DNA of 62,109 bases, filler included, from Platydemus manokwari (GCA_037951405.1; 5 parts of 5 records of this genome joined end to end with filler, not necessarily neighbours in it), one strand, 5' to 3'. Positions 41,130 to 54,426 are shown, counted from the whole stretch's first letter. Program-made: numbers and translations. Notes: generated by a model not told the origin, from the letters alone.

Positions 41130-42780
41130 AAGCCAAAACTGGAACGGTTTTCTTGAATAATAATTATGGAACAGATATATTGATCCATATCATCTTTCTT
41201 ATTGAAATGGAAAAAGGATTTTATGATTACCAAATCGAGATTATTATTGTGATTAGATAAGAATTTCCGTTGTTTTCAATTATTTCGAAATTGGTTTATG
41301 AGTGCATTAAGTGCCATCAAAAACAAAACACAAACTCGTAAATATAGTTTTTTTTTAAAATAAATGGAAACAATTAAATTCCAAACACATATACAATTAT
41401 TGTGATTCAAGCTAATGTATTTTCATAAGTCTTGATACGATCAGCATGTTTTCATAGGGAAAAAAAGAGAAATATTTGATTTGATTTATAAAATAGTTTT
41501 AACTTTATCGATTATTGATAAAATTGAACAGCTTTCGAATGGAGATTCGTCATATAAATATTATCAATGATAATTTATTTTCCGTATAATAATTAGAAAT
41601 CCAAATCTTGTTTGCAAATATTATTGAAGGCATATTGATCTGAACATGTAGATATTTTGAAATTACTGACACTTATAAAGGAGTCACGCAATATTAATAG
41701 AATATTTATATGGACAATGCTTTTATATTTATAATTCAAGAGTAATTTAAATAAAAATTATTCTCTAGAAGAATATTTGATTTCAATCATTTCTCATTTT
41801 AGAAATCTTTAGATTTTCTAAAATGTCGTCCTTTTCAAATTAACTCTTTAATTTATCCAGAAAATGAATTGATAGCTGTCCAGATTGACAGAAAAACAGT
41901 CATAATTTCCAGAACCTAATGTCAATGGTGATAAGCAATGCCAGTCATGGGCATCGATAATTCAGGTAATTCGTTGTTCAAAATTTTTAACAAAATACAG
42001 ATCGAATATAAACCATCTAGGGTTGAGACGGATTTTATTCTTACCATCATTTTTATCACTTTTAAAAAATTTTCGTTTTAATTTATTCGATAGTTCATTA
42101 ACATCTTCAATGTCACTAATGTTTCGAAATTGATTTTATTTCATTTTTGGAATTTATTTATATTTTCAAAATTAAATAAATCATCTCGTAATCTGTTCAA
42201 AACAAGCTAATTAGTTTAGATATTATAGCTCATAAATTGATTGTAATAACTTGCAGTGATTCGCTATATGGTATCAAGAATTTATATAGATGTTAATACT
42301 TCCAATTGGTATTTTTATCATATAATGAAAATCAATTGTCTATCGACAAATATAATTCTTTAATTTAAACTCTAAAATCTCATTTATTGATTTAATTCAT
42401 CATTTATTTTGATAAATATTGAAAAATAAGTTAGGAAATTTATCACATTTATTGATTATCAAGCTTAAAATTTAAATTATTAGTATTTTGATGCCTTTCG
42501 ACAAGCCATATAAGAAACGCTGCAATTTCCACGACCAATTTTTTTTACATTTTATATGGCAGGTATCCTTTATTGTTATGCATTTAGGAATGCACTCATA
42601 TTTATTGCAATCCACACCAAAGTTACCCAGATATCCGAATCCAACAATAATTACCAATAGAAACATGACATTGATCTGGAATAACAATCATGTCAAACAT
42701 ATTGATATTCAATACATTTATTATAAAATATTATATCAAAATATAATGCCATAATTATGAGATAAAAATAAAACATCATA
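41130..42780. repeat. Left arm of a diverged inverted segmental duplication (partner 46495-47655)
   Basis: Colinear reverse-complement blocks: 41130-41240/47540-47655, 41280-41335/47460-47515, 41470-41510/47300-47340, 41560-41660/47150-47240, 42600-42780/46495-46685. Confidence 0.85.
42480..42675 (-). CDS. Small secreted cationic Cys-rich (CX3C) peptide gene; frameshifted in an A8 run (pseudogene or sequencing error)
   Basis: Acceptor TTATTCCAG; signal-like MFLLVIIVGFGYLGNFGVDC, then NKYECIPKCITIKDTCHIKCKK. Removing one A (T8 at 42539-42546) continues IGRGNCSVSYMACRKASKY*. Confidence 0.6.
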
Positions 42781-43319
42781 AAATATTTATTTATTGATTT
42801 TTATATTTTAATTTTAATTTTAATTATTTAATATTAATAAATTAATGACGAGAAATGATAAATAATAAAGAAACTACATAAATAGTGCCCTTTAAAGTGG
42901 TTTTATTTTTTGTTATTTCCACTTTAATTTCCTTATCAGCATGCATTCAAACATGATATAAATATCCAATAACCACATTATGATGCTCATCACAAAATAA
43001 TATCTTATATACAAAGACGATTTATACTACAACGTGGGACCCATTTCTTACAGTTAATTTTCTCAATTGATATTTATCCTGAAATTCATATTATTTGATT
43101 TTATTAAAAATGACCAACACAAACAAAATATTTCATCGAAGATCAATTCTTGAAATGCTTACAAACCCTCATTATTGAATCTATGGGTATAGTTTTTGCA
43201 CTGATTTAGTCACACCGACATTCTTTAAGTGAAATCAATCATCCATTATTAAAATTAGAGAACTCGAAATCATTTCAAATTTACGAGAAATTTAATTAAA
43301 TAATCTAATAAAGAAATAA

Positions 43320-43372
43320 TCCAGATATCCGAATCAACACATAATTGCCAATAGAAACATGACATTAATCAA
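43320..43372 (-). pseudogene. Signal-peptide fragment of the same peptide family
   Basis: CCAGATATCCGAATC...CCAATAGAAACATGACATT matches 42627-42672. Confidence 0.7.
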
Positions 43373-43429
43373 TAATTACAAATTCATCATTTTATTTAAG
43401 AAATATTTTTAAATAATCAAAGCATTTTG

Positions 43430-43745
43430 TCACTCTTATTGATTATCAGGTTTGAAAATTAAAATTTTTGTAATTTTTTAAAATTATAATTTTTTAATTT
43501 AGAAATTTATAGTTTTTTTTAATTATTAAATAATCGAAATTTTCAATTTTTAATCGATAATTTACTAAAAGTTCAAATTGTTTTTGTTGCACCTTTTATT
43601 ACATCGGCTTCTCTTCTGCTAATTGTCAGCAAAGTAGTACTTTTACTATAAATAATGCAATCTAAATACCTTAATAATTACCAATAGAAACATAACATTG
43701 ATCTGGAATTAAATTCATATCAAACATATTTATATTCGATACGAG
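43430..43745 (-). pseudogene. Decayed tandem paralog of the Cys-rich peptide gene
   Basis: Same intron end and INVMFLLVII start, internal stops, residual CNKRC. Its 3' flank matches 42440-42480. Confidence 0.65.
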
Positions 43746-45409
43746 CAGATTCTTCACATTCTTTCTACCATTGAATATGACTAGTAAATGAAGTTTGAAT
43801 ATTTTATTGAATGTTTATTTTATATTGATATTTATAATATTGATTTATATAATATTGATTGATCAAAACGTGTGTTATTATTTTAAATCATTAGAATATT
43901 ATTTATATAATAGCTTTCATCTTAATATGATTCATTTCTAGGCTCCACTTCAGGTACACGTTTCATTCCAATGCAATTTTAATTTGAGAGCGTAGGTTTG
44001 TAAATAACTAACATTATAACAATGCTATGTTATCAAATCCAAAAATCTTCAACAACGAAGAAGACATTACTTATCATTCATAAATATTCATAAAATATTC
44101 TTTTTAAATACATCAACAAACACCGTTCATTTTTGATTTGTGTTAGATGGAATCATTCAAAGCCATTTTATAATTGGAAATTATTATTTGTATTTTACAT
44201 CGAGATGTCATTTTTATTATTGCTAGAAAATAGATTAACATAACTTGTAACGAAACGAACTATTAATGAGGGAGAATGACTTGAATAAATTTTCATAAAA
44301 TTATTTCATTACATTTATTGAATCGATATCTGTAACTTATGCCATTACACACAGTTGAAAAGAACGAATTTTCAATTTTAATTAACGATTTTCTAATTTG
44401 TTTTGTGTTTTTCTACAAATTCCGTAAGCAGGTTCATAAATAATGTTCACTTAATATATCCAATCAATGACTTTTATTTATTAGAAAGTCAAAATAGCCT
44501 GATATCGTCAACTGGAGTTCTTCATATACGTAAATATTTAACTCTAACAGATAGATAAATTTCTTTATTTAAATAAATGAGCTTTTATAATCAATCTGAA
44601 TTATATGACAGGGATTAGAGAAATAGATTATTACTTTATCAACAAAACGGCGTTACTAAACAATAAAACAGCCCGAAAAATGAATTCGATATTATTATTA
44701 AACATGTGGAATTTTACATAGATAGCTTTGAGTTCATGATGAGTATCGAAACAAACTGTGTAGAATTTCCCAAATCCAATTAATTGTCTCAAATTACTTG
44801 GACAAACATAATTATAATAATCCAAGAGAATTGAAGATATCAAATCCAACATACGTCTCAACACATACGTCTCAGCCCACTAATAGGAATATAACCAATT
44901 TTATATATAATTGTAAACACAAATACAATGACGTACATCTAGATTTAGGTGAATAGGTTTTTCAAATATATTTTATACAGACACTGTTATATTTTATTTT
45001 TAAAAAATTACCCTTTTCCATAAATACTAAAAATAATTTTCACCTTGACAGCAAGAGAGTATAATTAATAAGCAGGTCACTACTGCATCAACACGATTTC
45101 TATATCTGAATAATCTGATATATCAATTATTGTACATGAACTCAAATATAATAAATCTAATATAATAAATATAATAGTTCACATTTCCAAAGACCTGAGT
45201 TGAGGTTTGTCTAATTTTGTATGCGAGGAAAGGTTAATTGTTATATGAATGCAATCAATTTACCAAACAAAAAGGATGAAATTTTGTAATATGCACTTCT
45301 TGTTTCTTTGAGTCTCAACATCAGCATTCGTGACTTCACATCTTCTATGATACTAAACATATTTGATTTCATTTCAAAAAAATGTGTTAGATTCATCAAT
45401 TTTAGATCA

Positions 45410-45660
45410 AATTGAACATTTTTCGAAACATCAAAGGAGATTCGTCAGATAAATTTTATGAATGATAATTTATTTCCTGTAAGATAATTACAAATCATGT
45501 TTGTAAAACTGATTACTGGCAGATTGATCTGAATATATCAATATTTTGGAAATACTGACAATTATAATGGAGTCACACACCTCAAATATAGCATTTATAA
45601 TTCAAGAGAGATTCAAATAAATGTTATTCTTTATACGAACATTCGATTTCTAATATTTAT
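45410..45660 (+). repeat. Third, direct copy of part of the duplicated unit (41520-41790)
   Basis: Shared blocks GGAGATTCGTCA..AATGATAATTTATTT..TTGATCTGAA..GGAGTCAC..TTTATAATTCAAGAG. Confidence 0.8.
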
Positions 45661-46481
45661 AAAATTTATTCTTAACTCGAACTATTTGGACTGCCATGAT
45701 TCTTGATCGAATTAACAAATAATTCTAGTAGTGATTTGGTTATTGAACTGCAGTTTTGTGTAATGCCACATATCGCATTCTAAACAATTTCTGGTTAAAA
45801 TACTATAATTAAATTTATTTGAAAGGTTTTGAATGATTTGCATTTAGAGAATGTCGGTTTTACTAAATCGGTGTAATCATATTCATTAATATGGGTTTGA
45901 AAGCCTTTTAAGAATTGATCTTCGACCTCATATGTGCTGTATACCTTGATGAAAATCAAATAAAAATATTTTTAAGATAAATAATCATTTGGAAAAATAG
46001 GCGCGAGAATCGGATCAAGCTCTGTGGTAAATATCCTTTTGTAGTGTTATATCAGGTCTTATTTTGTGTTGAGCACGATTATTTCGATAATTTCATATTT
46101 ATATCATGTTTGAATACATGCTCATAATTTAGCTAAAAATTTAACAGAATTTTCACTTGATTGATAAGGAAACAATAATGAAAAAAAAACAAAATAAATT
46201 AAAAAATTTGAAGGCTAAGGTAATGATAAAGATGAATAGCAAATGATTAATACAAACAATTGACTGGTTATTTAAAATAGTTCCTTTGTTACTCATCATT
46301 CCCCGTGATTCATTTGCATATTAAATAATTAAAATAAAAATAAAATTATTAAAATAGTTAAAAAAAAATATTTAAAAAATTTCATTTATAGTTTTGTTTT
46401 AATCAGTGACGATCTAAAATTAAGTATAAATAATCAGTGAATAGCAGTGAATGACAATTGGTGAAGACATTTTAAATCATC

Positions 46482-46693
46482 ATGAATGTAAGCAAATATT
46501 TTATGATTTTTTATTTTTATCTCTTAGTTATGGCATTATATTTTGTTATAATATTCTAAAATAGATGTATTGAATATCAATGTGTTTGACATAATTGTTA
46601 TTTCAGATCAATGTCATGTTTCTCTTGGTAATTGTTTGTGGATTCGGATATCTGGGTAACTTTGGTGTTGATTGCAATAAATACGATGATTAA
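46482..46693 (+). pseudogene. Two-exon paralog of the Cys-rich peptide gene with a premature stop
   Basis: Exon 1 ATGAAT (46482-46487), donor GTAAGC, 119-nt intron, exon 2 from 46607: MNINVMFLLVIVCGFGYLGNFGVDCNKYDD*. Cys-spaced remnant CKILFQEKLECKL lies downstream. Confidence 0.7.
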
Positions 46694-47655
46694 TTTTATT
46701 TGTAAAATATTATTTCAAGAAAAATTAGAATGTAAATTAACTGTCGGATAAATTAAAAAGAAATATTTGAAAATGTGGTAAACGTAATGGTAACAGTAAA
46801 ATAATTCACAATTGCTATATGGCTTATAATCGATGATTTCAACATTGTATAGACACGATCTTTATCATTGAACCACAGACTACTTGAAATATTGACTGCA
46901 TAATTATGCTGAAATTACAGTCTACCGTCATCACTATTATTCTGTCAATCTTAAATGATCCCAATGTCTGACACATTCCAATTCATTTTAATTTTTTGAA
47001 TGATAGGGGATTGTAATCAAATATTCCTATCAGGAATTACATTGATTTATATCTCTTATAAATTATAAATGGAATATTTGACATGTTTTTCTAATAAGTA
47101 TACCATTAATGTTGTATGACTCTATTATAAATGTCAATAATTATAAAATATTTACATGTTCCGATAAATCTGCTGGTAATCCTATTTACAAACATGATTT
47201 GGATTTCTAATTATTTTACAGGAAATATATTATCATTCATGAAATTAATCGGACCATTCTCGGATGATTTTTCATGTCATGTTTAATTTGATGTATAATC
47301 GATAAAGTTAAAATTATTTTATAAATCAAATCAAATATTTTTATTTATTTTCCTATCAAATGATGCTGACACTAGCAAGCCTTATGAAAATCACAATAAT
47401 TGAGTATGTGTTTGGAATTGGATCTTTATCATTTATTTAAACAAAAACTATATTTAAGTGTTTGTGTTTTGTTTTTGATGGCTCTTAATGAACTTATGAA
47501 CCACTTTCAAAATAAAAGAACATTCGATAAGATTAAAAATAATAATCTCGATTTAATAATCATAAAATCCTTTTTCTATTTCGATAAGGAACATAACATG
47601 GATCAATATATCTTTTCCATAATTATTATTCAAGAAAACAATTCCAGTTTCAGCC
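46495..47655. repeat. Right arm of the inverted duplication
   Basis: See 41130-42780. Confidence 0.85.
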
Positions 47656-48129
47656 TCAATACACAACTAATTTGTAATGGCCAAAAATTTTACAAATTTT
47701 ATTATTTCATGAAATTTATACTCAAAGTAGTATGATACACCAGTCTCCGACGACAGATTTCGAACCTTCAGGTTTGAGGAAGCGAAATTCTAATAAAAGA
47801 GTACGCTTAAAAATGAACGAAAAAAAGTGCGAAATTTGTAACAAGTTGTTTTTAAAACAAGTTGTTTAAGAAACCATGAAAATCTTAAGCTCATATTAAT
47901 CAAATTAATATAAAATTTGAATTATAAGCCAAATATTTCTTCAGCAATTGAAGGAGGAATTCCGATATTTGATATTTATAAAAAGAAATCTATTAAAAAA
48001 AATCAATGCCAACTAAAGATGTCTGTGAGCATGTTTTAGAAGAAAAGGAAGAAATATTAAATATTATAATCAAATAATAAACAAAAGAAATGTGCCATTC
48101 ACATGCAAATAAATATTCTCTGAATCATC

Positions 48130-49051
48130 ATACTCTTTCTTTACTGCCTCGATCCGTCCTCAATTCCTTTTTTTGAAGTATTTTGAAGTTTTCTTCTTTG
48201 TTATTGCAAGTTCCTGTCCCTCTGACTTTTCTCCATTCGGGGCTTTCTTATTATTGCTTAAAATTCCTACGTTTTTTGAGATTTGTGTAATACTCTTTGT
48301 CTTAATGTCCTCGATAGTTATATCTTTTACAACTGATTATATTTGAACATCCTCTAGCTATATATCCATTTTTATGGCAGGTATAACACGTTACAACTTT
48401 TGATGTACGACGGTTTTGTGCTATATTACCTGGTTTGGTACAGTTCTAGCAATTTCTGGTCTCTTTTCTCTTTACCTGAACCTTCGGCTTATGATTAGGT
48501 TTTCGTCTTGATATCTAATCATCCGATATTACAGTACTCACTTTATTTACTTTACGTACTTCTTCTAACTTTTTTCTTACCGTCGTAATATTCGGCAATT
48601 CAACAATATCGTTCATTTTTATCTCTTTCTCGAATTCTGCATCCTCTGAGCAATGGATTGTCAGGAATGGCACAAGATCGTCTTTCGTTGTTTTATGTGC
48701 CATAATGTCTTCCGCCATCTGTTCAATTCTATCGAAGAAAACTTCGGCGGATTCAGATTCTCTTCTATATTGAAGAGCTCTTAGCCAATCCTGAGCCAAT
48801 GATCTCTTTTTTCCAAAGGCATTTCGCAATCTTTAGTCAAGCACCTTTGTTTCCTTCGGAACTGCCTCGTATTGAGCAATCATGTTCTGAACTAACAAAG
48901 CAATTACAACCAAATTGCTAATTGATTTGATTGTTTTACAGATATCAAAATATTGATTACTGCTTTTAATAAACTGTTCGATATCTTCACCTCATCTGTT
49001 CTTTTCGGGCGCAGGTCTACTAAAGATCACATCCATGTGCGTGGTTGCCAT
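48130..49051 (-). mobile_element. LTR-retrotransposon gag pseudogene with three degenerate CCHC zinc knuckles
   Basis: MATTHMDVIFSRPAPEK..GEDIEQFI... continues into ORF 48515-48829, then C*NCTKPGNIAQN, CYTCHKNGYIARGC and CKRYNYRGH*. In-frame stops present. Confidence 0.8.
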
Positions 49052-49839
49052 ATTATTAGCGACTACTTCACTTGTAATTGATGTTTCATCAGAAGAACCT
49101 ATTATATCGATTTTTTTAAATTCAAACACTTAATACATTTTTTTTAACAAAATATACATTATTTTCCAGAGATATTTGATTTTCATTTTTGATCAGAGAT
49201 AGTTAAAATATTAAAATATTTCTCTAATTATTTTACAAAAAATTTAAAATTATTTAAAATTTATTTAAAATTTAAAATATTTGCAATTATTCATTAAATA
49301 ACATACGATCATAATTATTGATTATTCGATCACATTGTACTCAGGACAATTAGATCTTCAACCTATGTTTCTTCTAGAAGAAAACAGTTATATAATTATA
49401 TAAAAGAGTTAACCGATAATAAATCAATATATTGACAGTATTAATTTCATAATCTTTAGATCATAAGCGTTGTAACCTGTATTTTATTAAACTGTGTTTT
49501 GGAAGTCGCTTAACAACTTATTATTTATTCGAATTAAGTTAGTTAAAAGCCTGAACTTGTGCCTTTATGGTTGACAAATTTTTAGGTCTCAAATATCTTT
49601 AAATAAATTAGAAGACTTTACAGTTCTCGTAATAAGAAAATATTAAAATATCAAATAATTTAAAATCAGTTAATAAAAAAACTTCAATTAGATACCTGGT
49701 TAAAAAAATTACAAAATCTTAAGTTTATCTTTTATCTCCCCACCAAGTACATCATATTTATAACAGATATAATTCCAAACCGAAAATAATCAATAAGTTA
49801 TAAAAAATTAAACTTTTACTAATAATATAAAAAAGAATA

Positions 49840-49965
49840 AATTGCGCTTTGTTTATATAAAATTAAATATATTTGATTACATATGTGTGTTTAAATTGAT
49901 TTATTGCCTCTTGACTTTTTAATTCGTTTTTGATGTGTGGTTTTTAAAACAATAGCGAATAGTTA
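49840..49965. repeat. Dispersed repeat; inverted copy at about 60160-60265
   Basis: TTTATATAAAATTAAAT...TCTTGACTTTT...TTGATGTGTGGTTTTTAAAA.AATAGCG is the reverse complement of CGCTACTATTTTAAAAACCACATATCAA...AAAAGTCAAGA...ATTTAATTTTATATAAAA. Confidence 0.7.
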
Positions 49966-50069
49966 TAAAATGGCTAGTGGAATGGAACACCAAATAAATC
50001 ATCAAATTTACAAAATTATCAATTTTTTAATCCCAGTATGCCCCACAGACCACTAAAAACTCAATCTAT

Positions 50070-50169
50070 NNNNNNNNNNNNNNNNNNNNNNNNNNNNNNN
50101 NNNNNNNNNNNNNTTAATTAATTAANNNNNNNNNNNNNNNNNNNNNNNNNNNNNNNNNNNNNNNNNNNN
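50070..50169. other. Assembly gap/linker
   Basis: N44-TTAATTAATTAA-N44. Confidence 0.98.
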
Positions 50170-52260
50170 AAAGAACAGAATTGATTAACAATACACAATT
50201 CTCCTTCCTAATAATTTAAAATTGTCAAACTGACTTCGTCGATGAATCGTAATCGCATTTCATTATTTCCTCCATGAAATAATTGAAGAGATTTTCAATA
50301 AATAAATCACATACATGTTGCTAATGAATTTCCATTAACGACAGCATAAAATAGGCATGACATCAACAATAGCAAAAGAAATATGGATATATATTTACCC
50401 GATAATTGTATTTGTTCTTGTGAAAAATATAAATCCGTAACAATTTGCTAAGGGAATTTTTTAATCGACATGATTAACGAAAAACCAATCCACTGCGAAA
50501 TAATCAACTATGTTTTCGTGCAAAATAAATGCTTGAGAATGGAAAGAAACAACAGAATAAATACTTAACTCGAAATAATAATTTTCGCAACAATTTCCAC
50601 GGACTTGTCATATTAGTACAGCTCCTTTTATACTCAGGAAACATTGATAAAATGATCATATAAATAAATTATTATTATCATTATTATTGATGCCATATTA
50701 TTATTATGAATTGCATTATGATAATATTATTTATGTTATGTCTTTACATTTGCATTGTCTTAAGGACTAATAAAGATAAACAATAGTGATGATAGAAAAC
50801 AGAGGTCAAGCAATTATTATGTTCCGTCTATGATCTAATTATAAAAATTTTATGACCAATACGCTCATTTCTTATAACTCTCGAAGATATTTTCTATTCA
50901 GATTCGAGGAAGTGTTCCTCAAAGATTAACTCATTATATTCAATACATTGACAATCGATGTTTCCTCAAGAACTAATGCCGATTATTATTATCAGGACCA
51001 ACCATGTAATATTTATGAAATCAAATATATAAATGAGCACTACAACTAACTTTATACTCTCAAGAAAAATTATCACTGATGTCGCCTAATAGCAGGACCC
51101 CAGTAACCTTTAATAAAAATAAAGTTAGGAAATACGTGAAATTAATTTCAGAGAAATCAAAGCAGTATGACCTTGGGGAATTATATTTGATTATAAATAT
51201 AAATTATTACTTGAAGGATTTACCATAATAAATTACGATAATCGATTTAACTTCAAATAAATTTACACTACGAGGCTACTTAAAAACATTGAAGAATTGT
51301 GTAGAGATTTCACAAATTCTTGATCCAACAAGTGTCTGCAAGGTGGTGTGGTATGAGTTAGGCTTACGCTTTCTATTTATCCAATTTATGTGCCGAAACC
51401 TGCTACTTACTTGTTGAGCAATTCTTATTTCTTCGTGCTTGACGAACAAATGCAATAAGTGAGATACTAACGCTTTGTTGGCATATTCTTGTGTGAACAG
51501 TAAAACTAATGCGGGAAATATTCACCATCCATGTATCTATTTGCACCGTAATGAGAAATCAAGGTCATTGATTTTCTAAATGGTATGGTTCCGTTCAGTT
51601 TCTCTAAAAAACCAATACTGCCATTGGGAAAGACAGAGAATTTTGGGTTTTCACGCTGGAGTTCTTTCGAAATTTTTGAAAATTTTATAATATTTATTGA
51701 TTTATATTTCATTAATTATTTCTTGCCCATGGGTTTCATCGATTGTATTATTATTGTTATTTTTCAAAATAAAAAATGCGAACATTTGAAATCTTTGAGG
51801 AAGTAGTGCAGTCAAATCTGCGTAATATAAAAATCCAAAAATTAAATAAATCATTAATATTAAACCAATCAACGCAGAGATAAATAAACTCTCAGAGAAA
51901 TTATAGAAAATCGATTGACTTGATAGAAAATCAATAATTATTAATTCAATGGAAATTCGTGTTTGTCCTATTTTAACAATTCAGATTTAATATTCTTCTG
52001 ATTTTTTGTTGAAAAATACCTGAGAATAAAAATCAATAATAATTTGAGACCTACTGTAGTCTATCGATGATATATTTGAACTGGGAATCAATTTGATTTG
52101 AATAATCAGCATGTGATTTTTTAATTAAATCCTACAAAAATATTTAGAATTGCAAAACATTTTCCAGACTTTATTTTCAGCATTTTACCGAGGGCAGTAT
52201 TCCGGCAATAAATAAGTGGGAAAAAAATAACATTTGAGATGGAGAAAATGTGATATTTCA

Positions 52261-52670
52261 AACTTGTTCCTTGAAACGTGGTGGTGCTCGGCCACTCTTA
52301 GTTTATGGATCGACTTGTCCGGTGTTTTCCTAAATCAAACGAGACTCTCACCTACTAACGAGTATATTTACGTTTTCCAGAAAGCAAATACTACTTCTTA
52401 GAGAGATTAATCGATCTTAACTAAATGAAATCGAACAATAACAGGTCTGCGATGACCTTAGATATCCGGAGTTACATGCGAGTTACAATTGCAGTGACAG
52501 CGAGTTTTTTTCTTGGCTGGAAATGGTTAAATAATCTGCCGAAACACTGTCTTATTCGGAATAGTGGTTTGAAAATTTTTCATTTAATCAAGGAACTACT
52601 ATTAATTACAAGTCACATGGACCCTTGTTCACACTACTCATTGCAACTATCAGTTGAAAGAATAAGTAGT
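52261..52670 (+). pseudogene. Decayed 18S rRNA fragment (3' third)
   Basis: Colinear degenerate matches to conserved 18S motifs: GGTGGTGCATGGCCGTTCTTAGTT, AACGAGACTCT, ACTTCTTAGAG, CAATAACAGGTCTGTGATGCCCTTAGAT, GAGGAATTCCTAGTA, CCCTTTGTACACACCGCCC. Confidence 0.9.
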
Positions 52671-54426
52671 ATGTGCAATTATCTAGCAAATCTCACTTTT
52701 CATATCCACAGGGGCTCCTACCATATTCTGTGACCAATTAAATGAGTTATTAAATAACGAAAGTTATGGAATACATCTCTCTGAAGTAATGATATTTAAA
52801 AATTAAGAGCTTGTTGAAAATCAATATGTTATTTTGATTTTATTGATATTTTATTAATTATAATTAATAAATTAATATTCAATTCACAGAAATTTGTTAT
52901 TCTATTCCTTCAGCTTTCTACTGGAATATATCTGATACTACATTATAGATCTGGGTGGGGCTTTGGCCCCCGTTTCAGCAATGATAGTTTTCTGGTTTTC
53001 CGTTTGAAATTCATAAAAAATATTAATTTTGAAGTATTTATATCATTTCTCAAAAACAAATTGACACGTGATATCGCAATGAACAAATAACTGCTGACGT
53101 ATCAGGGGAAAAAGAGCTTCACAAACGCTACACAGACCCTCGTTTTTATTCAATTATATCGTGCGCACATTTGGCCGTTTGATTCTGATGTAAAGAATAA
53201 TTTAATAACAGAAAACCCGCGACCATTCCTAAGCAATCTCTATGTGTGACAAGTAAACCCATTCATACAAAATCTAACAGTATTTTTTTTATGAGATTTT
53301 TAATTTCCAGAAAAAAGCTGTGCTTTAATTTCAAAGTCAAGAGATTATATAAGTCTGACGATCAGACGTCTCTCTGTTTGAATCGATTCGTTGAACCTTT
53401 CATTAATATCACACAAAGTCGAAGCAATTTCTGCGTGATTTATTATCTTTTCATTAAATTTGAGAAATAAGATTTAATAATTCTTTTATTCCTAAAGAAC
53501 TCATTCATTATGGAATTAATATTTCTCACTCAGTCGTTTTTTTTTTCGTTTCGCTCGGTATTCTCTTTGATTATGAAACTGAACTGCGCATGTATACATA
53601 CCTCTATATATACATATATTTTCTCTAAAAATATATGTACCATCACATGACGGTGTTATTTTCTTCTAATGATGGAAAGCTTAATGAAAACACCGACATA
53701 TATCTTTAACGAGATCAATTACTGGTAATGATGTGAAGAACTAATTAGTTGGTTTATCATAATAAGCTCAATATATTCATGATATTTTTTCATTTTTTTC
53801 CTGCTTCTATTCTTGTTTTAATTTTAAATATAGCTTTCTTATAATTCTCACATTAAAATAAAAAATCAATGACAATCATTATTCTTATGTGAAACTTTTC
53901 TTGTTTTTTCACCAAATTTCAGTCCAATTAAAATTTATCACTCATTTATTTTTAAAATATTTATCACATAATCAATATAAATCTATAATTTTTGCTCTCA
54001 TCTGTATATCCAGAACTAACTGTTAGATTTCTTTAACTCAACAGTATCGAACAAGATCTCGAATCGTTTAATATAAATATCTTTGTTCTGATATCATTTA
54101 TTGTCCGCACTGACATATTCGAATAAATCAAATAAAAATTAATTAAAAAAAAACCATGAAATAGTTAGAAATTGAATATAATCAATAATACATCTGAATG
54201 AACCCACAAATATGTTTTACAAGATGTAGTTCTCCAAATAACCAGTATAAGTCTGTCTTGTATTGCAATTTTCAGTCAAACACAATATTTTTTTCCATCT
54301 TTCAAATTTATCCACATTTGTAAAATCGATATTAATTTAATTAAATTATCAATAATCGATAATAAGTGATGTGCGGATTTTCTATTGATATTTTGTTTTA
54401 TTTACATAATAAAGACATTAATCTAG

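Noticed and set aside
42563-42571. GTATCCTTT, a perfect U12 5' splice-site motif (similar motifs near 15589 and 25507)
   Set aside because: It is antisense within the peptide exon, and none of these motifs follows a plausible + strand exon.
47740-47790. Stem followed by CGAAA suggestive of a hammerhead ribozyme (also CTGACGA at about 61290)
   Set aside because: The CUGANGA core, GAAA and flanking stems do not co-occur in the right arrangement.
19679-50169. Four identical TTAATTAATTAA motifs in N-runs at roughly 10-kb spacing
   Set aside because: Artificial 100-nt contig linkers with stops in six frames. Not biology, and they make cross-gap linkage unreliable.
52425-52733. 102-aa ORF
   Set aside because: It overlaps the decayed 18S rRNA sequence; a chance ORF.
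52890-53090. Exon-like block with a GGGGCTTTGGCCCC hairpin
   Set aside because: Two possible acceptors and frames, no convincing donor and no recognisable protein.
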